From contig UYFQ01000561.1 in the NCBI GenBank assembly GCA_900617105.1, positions 62,001 to 121,910 on the forward strand: a stretch of DNA of 59,910 nucleotides, read 5' to 3'. The position numbers were made by a program, and so were the translations under genes. The notes beneath the pieces were generated by a model. That model had not been told where the DNA came from, did not search any database, and saw only the letters and a list, made by a program, of their open reading frames with translations. The first letter of the stretch is position 1; each line of letters starts with the position of its first letter. The stretch comes from Hydrurus foetidus (taxonomy: Eukaryota). Shown one piece after another: positions 52,533 to 59,910 of this stretch.

Positions 52533-54112
52533 GGCTATAAATTCCGTACAATAAACAGGTTCGGTTGCATCATTTTTTGACGTCTAAAATTGTAAGTTCA
52601 TGATGAAGAACTTTGAGATATTACTCAAAATATTGCCATGTAATAGAACACATGTCCAGAGTTGATGAAGTGTTCGCAGTTGTAGCACGTTATGTAACTA
52701 AAGGTAACAATATTTGCTTGATGATTTTAAAATAATCCAATATCTTATTCATTTGGGAAACTATGAGTCGTGTAAAACAAATGAGCAGATTATGAATGCA
52801 ATTAATAAAGCTTTACAAAGGTAAAGATGGCTAAATGAAAATAGTCAAAACTTTTAACAATACACTAATGTACAATTTCCGTCTTTTAATCACAGATATG
52901 ACGTGTCTTACGGTGAAGTAAGGAGAGGTGTCATTACTCCTAGTGCTATTGTAGTTTTTCAGAAGGACAGGGCATCAGCTAATGAGGTGTCCATGACAGA
53001 GCTACAGGAGCTTTATAAAGCTTCGAAGAATCTTCACTGTCTTGCACACACTCTCACTCACGTCGGTGATCACATGCCAGCCTTATCTGTGAAGAGATTC
53101 ATGGAGGATTTGTGCACACTCTGCAATAGTCATGGTGGCAATAATAAAGCAGCATCTCACTGGCGCAAGATTTTCAAGTCGTGTTGGCAACCCCCAGGTA
53201 ATACACGCTGGTGGGCTAAATTGGACCTGTACAAGAAGATGATTGTCGGTTTCGAGGATCTTGTCCTTTTTTGCATGACTGCTGAAGAAGATGGCGACAT
53301 CGAGAGAAGTGCAAGAATGAGGAGATTAGCAGATGCGATGGGATCACATAAGCAGAGAGGTCTGCTCAGATTTCAACTTGCCGTAGTCACGATCGCTGGC
53401 GGACATCTGTACTCTGCAACGTACAACCTGGAGGGAGATAGTTAACTGCTGTCCCCTCATGGCTTATGACACAATCAAAGACTATAAGAACTGGCTCACT
53501 GACCATTACGACTACCTCACGTATCCAGGTCTAAAGCAAGAAAGTACGCTTTTGAACGGATGCGAGACATTTGAGGAGCTTACAGGGGGTGCACTTTTTA
53601 AGGATCTTGAAGTGCAGGCGAAGACAATTTTGAAAGGTGCTATCGATTACTACCATGGCACTATCATGGGCAAGTTGGCCTCAGATATTAAATTTATAAA
53701 ACATGCAGATACGCAAACCCAGTGACAATGAGACAATCTATAGGGAGGCCTGATACTTTGCTTCAATTCAAGAGAGCAGCTGAAGAATTAAACTTACTCA
53801 CTGTCCCTGACGTGGAAGAGATGGGAGGGGAGTGGTATTTATATAAGCGGTTGGTGAACGAATTTGAAGTATTACCATCAGAGAATATTTTCGCTACCCA
53901 AATAGAAAGATGCACTAATTTTTTGGAGCCTTAACCACGAGCTACTACCTAACTTAGCTAACTTTACTCGATACTGCATGACAATGACACCGTCTCCAGC
54001 ATCAGCTGAAAGGGGGTTTTCTATGTTGAAGAATTCATTCACAATTGGTCAGATGAGACAATCTTTGGAAGATTATACTGAAGGTTCTGTGATGTTGCAG
54101 TATAACAAATAG
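52533..54112 (+). pseudogene. hAT-superfamily transposase, degraded and 5'-truncated
   Basis: Spliced and frameshifted pieces give CIIFD(G)...RVDEVFAVVARYV (first catalytic Asp region), DRASAN (second Asp), CLAHTL (CxxH), PGNTRWW (hAT TRW motif), and C-terminal LPNLANFTRYCMTMTPSPASAERGFSMLKNSF...SVMLQYNK* (dimerisation domain with the catalytic Glu). Intron at 52821-52895. Several stops and frameshifts. Confidence 0.85.
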
Positions 54113-54894
54113 AATGCCTTTCTCACTGTATATTTCTCGCGATAATTAAGCCAGTTTTGCCTCTCAGAATCGTCATAGAACACCGGTAGAAGAGCCTTCC
54201 CGTTTCCCCCACACACCCCTACCCGTACCGTCGCTGACAGATATCTCAGGCAGGATTTGAAAAAATGGTAGGTAGGATTCGCCTGAGCCTAATGCAGAGT
54301 TATGGACTCAGCGCGACATCGTAGTTTGCGACTGATTTTCATCAGTTTTTCACCTAAATAAGGTCAAAACCTCTCGCTAGATGCACCTTAGTCATGGTAA
54401 CATGAATCGCACATTCAGAGCACTTGAATCGCGCGCGTTAGTGATATCTTGATGAATAAAAATAATATCTTGACAGATTCTACACCCATTGAATATTCGG
54501 GGTTCGAATCCCGATAGGGGTGGGTCATCGTTTCGTATATTTGCAAAATAAGATGTTATTTTGCAGATTTTAAGATTTTTCTTCAGATTGTAATTTCATC
54601 AAATCAACGTCAGAATAGACGATTGCACACAAACATTTTTAAAAAAAAAAAAAAAAATCTGATCATGGGAATCTCAAAAAGCTTTATGCTGAAAATTTGC
54701 ATCAAAATAAAAGAAGAAAAAAAGGCTCTAGTACTCCATATCTATTGCCTTCCACCGTTGGTTGTCACGACTCTCGAACAAACCAATGTGATATTCTAGG
54801 GAAATGATACATATGCATACTTGTATTTATTTATATATATACATCAGGCTCTCGTTCGTTCGATCCTGCCTTTGACTTCAACATTTCTGTAAAT

Positions 54895-57800
54895 TTGGCC
54901 AAGGCCAAACTTCATTCTTATGAGGGTGAATGTCATACTATCCCATTAACCTTGCGAGTTAATAGGAATACGGATATCGAACTTTTGTTAAGTCGTATGA
55001 CTGTAAATAATTATGATTTTATGTCATTGACACCTTTCGCTTTTGGTATTTCTCCCGAGCTTAGTGCTGAGAACAAAAGGAAGCGTGATGCTCGTTGGCT
55101 CGAGTTTGAAGAAAGGGAAGCGATAGCCAAGCTTGACCCGCTTCACTGGCACAAATATACCGGACGTATGATATCTGAGGGTTTCATACCCGAAGAACCG
55201 GAAGTAGAGTCGATTACCCCAACATACGATATGTTAAAGGGTATCACAAAGGCAAAACTTTCGGATCGGAAAGAACCATATGGTCTATGCCCAAAGCCAA
55301 CACTTAAGAAGGCCATTCTGCACGCACCTCTAACCAAGGAAGTCGTGGGATCAGGCTATCATACAACGTTCACGTGTAACGTTACCCAGGATGGTACCAA
55401 GGGAGTCATGACCCAAAGTCCATGTGGTGATGTGGGTTGTGAGCGACTGGACAGTGTCTCGACTGTACTCGCGAAACGTACGAGTGATACCCCGCACCTA
55501 GATGGTGACTCGATTCCCATCCTCACACATACCTCTGGGGACACTGTTACATCAGACGCTGACGCGGAAGCCGTATGGCCAAGCGGTGTCGCACTCTCCG
55601 TTGACGAGATTGACGATGATAAGACTGATACCTTCGCACCTTTCTTGCGCGACAAGACGTGCTGAAATGTACCGCCCAATGGGCCGGATGATTTATTGTC
55701 TAAGATTCATTTTGAAGGAGATGAAAGCCTTCAGAAGGATCTTCGTACTCTCTGTTCTGAATTCGCTTATATATTCAGTGATAAGCTAGCTCCGCAAGCT
55801 GCTGACCTCAAACCGTTTGAGATAAACCTGCCACGGCAGAAATGGGAGGTTCCATCGAACCACGCACCAGTGCGACCCCAATCCTCAAAAAAGGAACATT
55901 ATCTCCGCACTTCTATCGAAGAGATGTTGGAAGATGGTGTGATCGAGAGGTCGAACGCTGCATACTACAGTCATCCTGTGATGGTCAATAAGACAGCCGA
56001 TACATATCGCACCTGCATCGATTATCGCGTACTAAATGAATGCATTGAGCCGGCCTCCTTTCCACTACCCAATATCAAACACCTCTTTGAGAGGATCGGT
56101 AATCGAAAACCGGATATTTATGGGGTGATGGATTTAAACGCGGGTTACCATCAAGCTCCTTTATACACCCCACCGAATCTATACGGCATTTATATGTTTC
56201 ATGGGGGTGTTTCAATTCACGAGATTGCCTTTTGGCCCTTGTCGTGCCCCCTCTTAATTTCAAGAGCAGGTGGCGACAACGGTCCTTCACGGTCTCATAT
56301 ACAGCTGTTGCGAAATGTATCTCGACGATTGCATCGTATATGGCCGGGGCGAAGCAGAGTTTCTTTTGAACTTGAGGAAAGTCTTTGAGAGATTTAGACT
56401 TAAAAATCTTAAACTCAAAGCAAAGAAATGCCGATTCGGTCTTAAGCGTATCAAATACGTTGGACGAGTCATCGACAAAGATGGTTTATCCATGTCGAAA
56501 GAAAAGATTGAGACAGTTCTCAACTTTCTACTTCCGAAAGAAGTTACGGCGTTACGGGGATTTCTTGGCTTAGCCAATTATTTCCGTCAATTCGTTCCAT
56601 TTCACTCGGAAAAGGTAAAACCACTTCACATGATGGTGGACCCAAAGGCGGTTAAACGCTCTCCAATTTTTTGGACCCCCGAAGGGACAAACGCATTCAA
56701 TGAGACAAAGATCGCGGTATCTCGTTGTCCATTAATGTATTTCATAGATGAATCTTCACCCATCAGATTATATACTGATGCATCTGATGATGGAATCGGT
56801 GGTGTATTGTTCCAAATCGTTAATGACGAGTGGAAACCAATCGCTTATATTAGCAAATCTCTATCTGCATCTCAGATCAACCGGTCAACAATACAAAAGG
56901 AGGCTTATGCTATCTTTTATTGCTGCCAACAACTCGATTATCTTATTCGAGATAGAAAATTCACTATTCATACTGATCATATGAATTTGACTATGAAACA
57001 AAACCCTACTTCGATGGTAGCACGGTGGTTCATTGCAATGCAAGAACTTGATTTCACCGTTCATTTTGTCAAGGGATCGGATAACGAATTAGCCGATGCG
57101 CTGTCACAGTTATGTCCGAACTTAACTGAAATTGCTCTACCGTTGACAATTACCAGAGATGTTTTATCATCATCATCTTCATCTTCTTCCACAAGTGTGG
57201 CGGCTTTAACGGTTTTCGAACCGGCCACAGATGAACAAATACTTCATATTCAAATGTGCCACAATGCAATTGTTGGTCACAACGGTGTCGACCGTACCCT
57301 CACTCGACTGTACAGTCTGAATCAAGTGTGGAAAATATGAAACAGCACGTACGTTCGTACATACATAACTGCCCCTGTTGTCAAAAACTAAGTGCGGTTG
57401 ATGCGAAAATCAATGCGGCTCATTTTTCAACTTCCACTCACGCAATTTTCGATACGTTGAATTGTGAGTCAGACTGTGGAGTGAAGCGAGCTACCTGTTG
57501 ACTGCGGAAGCGCAAAGGAAAGACTGGCTGATGGAAGTGGTCTCGGAAGACGTGTTTACTTACAACGATCAAGTAGTAAAACAACTGGCGATGATATCAG
57601 AGAAGACAACCATCAAAGAAGCAAAGCAAAGCATCCATTGTGCATGAAATGGTGATCGCCGAAGTGGAAATATATTCAGCGAATATTCAAGTTGGCGATT
57701 GAGCAATGGGCGGAACCCTCGCTGCTCATGAAATCGGATGCTTGGTGGAAACCGGATACCTGGTGGAAATCCGGATGCTTGGTGGTGAAAAACCGGATGC

Positions 57801-58118
57801 TTGGTGATGGCCCCGAAGGGGGATATCGCTAGAAGAACGATGAGCGTATGTACACAACAGTGTATGGCGGTGTTTTGGTGAGGAAGCGCTACACTACTTG
57901 TGACATGTGAATGCTAATCTACAGATGAAACTATGCTAACAGATCATGCATGAATATGCTGGACTGACATATGACTATGTGGGTCCCTTCCCTGATAAGG
58001 GGTATATTCTCGTCATAATTGACGCCTTTTCCAGATGGACAGAAATGTTCTGGTGTAAGGACGCTACTGCCGAATCTGCAGCGGAGAGTTTATTAACACA
58101 TTTTGGTCGATTTGGCTC
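54895..58118 (+). mobile_element. Ty3/Gypsy LTR retrotransposon pol, degraded and interrupted
   Basis: RT (YSHPVMVNK..YRTCIDYRVLN, MDLNAGYHQ, YLDD), RNase H (TDASDDGIGGVL, EAYAI, TDH, ADALS), integrase zinc finger (H..H..CPCC) and core (DYVGPFP..IIDAFSRW), in RT-RH-INT order. Frameshifts near 56170 and 57335, in-frame TAA near 56255. Confidence 0.93.
57463..57969. mobile_element. Solo-LTR-like insertion within the Gypsy integrase
   Basis: TGTGAGTC ... GACTGACA termini (TG...CA, imperfect inverted repeat). Removing it rejoins FDTLN|YDYVGPFP in frame. Contains four ~18-bp tandem units (gaaaccggatgcttggtg) at about 57730-57806. Confidence 0.7.
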
Positions 58119-58226
58119 GAGAGATTTGGCAAAAAGTGTAAAAAGTTAGTTATAATATATGCGTGCACTCATATAAGATAGTAAAATTAGTACGTATGTT
58201 AGATATATGGATATTAATTATTTGTG

Positions 58227-59910
58227 TTATTTAATATTATTTCGTAAAGACTTGTCAACGAGCCTGTGCGTTAGGTATTCGAAAAGTGGTAGTGGAACTC
58301 TTTTCGTACCTATGTCTGAGTTGTTTTCGCCCGAAGGTATTTTAACAATCAGGTACCATCGGCGACTTTGTCCTTAAAGAAGTTTTCGCTCAGGTCAATG
58401 TGACGAAGGTTCTTGGTCATGTGTGTATGATTTGAAGCATCAACACAAGCAGCATGGTCTTTTTCGATGACTATAGGAGCTTGTGTCCATCCCATGTGGT
58501 TTAGTATGCCCCGGAGGGGAATGACATCGGATTTTAGTGCGTGATTAACTGCCTTGATTTCGGATTCCGCAGTTGATGATGAGATGCTGCCCTGGTCGGT
58601 ACTCTTCCAGCAGATGACATTGTCGGCGAGGTAGCCAATGTAGGAGGTCCGGGAGTGACGGTTGTCTTTGTTACCGGCGAGGTCGGCGTCGCATTGGAAC
58701 TTCAGCTGCAGTAGACTGGTCATCGTAGCGATGTCGGTGGGACCGTCGTGTGTGGTGAATTTCAGTCTATCCATTTTGGCGTACTTGACATATCGAAGTA
58801 GGTGCTTAAGGAACTTGATGTGTCTTGCACCTGGACTGTTACTATATCTGGATAGTATGTTGAGAGCGTACATGATTGTGATCAATGTGTGTACCATACC
58901 GTACATAAGCTGACCAACTACCCGTCGGTAGGGATACTTATTATACATGCGCCTATCGAGATCGGTAGAGTTGTCCGCCTTGGATAGACTCTCACCAGAG
59001 GGTGGATATGGTAGATGCTCATCGGCGGCGCCAGCAAGGTTGGCCTCCGATACGATGGATGTGATCATGCGTGACTGATCCATGTAGTAGTTGAAGTTTT
59101 CATCGCATGTAATGCGGATGCCGACGAACTCTTTGGAGGTCGCGTCGGTGACTTCATACTTGTGGGAGTTGAATGTAGCGATGAGGAGATCCCATTCGCT
59201 AATGAGTGCAAGTGGTCCGAACCATCTGAAGTCGTCTGAGTGTGCTATCAGTATCAGGGGTTGACCTTGGACCCACTTAAAGAAGAACTTTAAGTCCCAC
59301 GGTGTGTTTTCGTATCCACATTCGCGTACACATTTGTCGAATTCCTTTGAGAAATTCTGGCCTGCTGGTGGAAAACCGTAGAGGTTGCCAATGGCTTGAA
59401 AGCATGTGCCAAAAGGTGTGGTGTAACCTTGAGGTGTCTTGATGTGAACGGGAAAGTCGGGGTTAGCGAGTGTGATTAAGTAGGCGCCTACTAAATCTCC
59501 TCCCCGCATGGATAATTTGTAGGTTGCGGCTATGACGAGTGCAATCTTGATCGAAGATGCATTGACATTACCGCAGTATACTGCGTAGGGGTCGAAGTCG
59601 ACCCAGGGTATCATGAGATCACCACGACCTACGAGGCGGGCCTTCTTAGTGCCGTCAGTCTTGATACTGAAGAGCCACATCATTGGTACGAGGTGCTGGC
59701 CGGTGAAGGGGACAGACCGGAAGCAGTTGTTGACTTCAAACTTAGTTCGCTCAGTGTTGATGGCCTGTTCCCAGTCTGGGTACTGCATTGCGGTCCAGAA
59801 GTCTTTGGGGATGTAGGGATCCTTGATTTGGACTGCTATGTTGTAGTGCAGGACACGGAAGAGGTGAACAGGGAAGCATGTGGAAGAACTGGTGTAAGTG
59901 GACCAGTATA
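58227..59910 (-). mobile_element. Ty1/Copia LTR retrotransposon pol (RT-RNase H); 5' part outside the window
   Basis: W..AINTE, KKARLVGRG, NLYGFPPAG, AHSDDF, YRRVVGQLMY, CDADLAG, SSTAESE, RHIDL. After a frameshift near 58350 the frame continues IPSGENNSDIGTKRVPLPLFEYL...NNIK* to 58227. Confidence 0.93.

Noticed and set aside
54497..54514. Functional tRNA gene
   Set aside because: Only a T-arm is present; no acceptor stem, D-arm or anticodon arm could be formed.
54787..54846. Possible Gypsy 5' LTR (tgtgatatt...catca)
   Set aside because: Too short, with no second copy and no primer-binding site visible.
57730..57806. Four ~18-bp direct repeats as a possible mini-CRISPR or iteron array
   Set aside because: The units are adjacent with no spacers and lie inside an LTR-like insert.

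Overview
This is eukaryotic nuclear DNA, intron-rich and microsatellite-rich, from a protist. The gene styles suggest a stramenopile, but that is inference only. The first ~50 kb holds six spliced genes: the 3' end of a Hint/Hog (Hedgehog-type autoprocessing) protein (+), a 21-exon PPR protein with a mitochondrial-type N-terminus (-), an ABCG half-transporter (-), propionyl-CoA carboxylase beta (-), a large PI4-kinase with an unusual TM/PH/FYVE-like N-terminus (+), and a PPEF/RdgC phosphatase (-). Several MITE/foldback elements lie between and inside these genes. The last ~10 kb is a nest of decayed transposons: a probable LTR remnant, a hAT transposase pseudogene, a Gypsy pol interrupted by a solo-LTR-like insert, and a Copia pol. 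The best candidate for a new system is the hAT transposase sitting head-to-head with a gene encoding a zinc finger, a basic region and a 2OG-Fe(II) dioxygenase, which may be a transposon-borne nucleic-acid-modifying enzyme. The second is a recurring intron layout with G-rich repeats at donor ends and complementary C-rich repeats at acceptor ends. Exon boundaries were read by eye and may be off by a few bases. No database searches were run.
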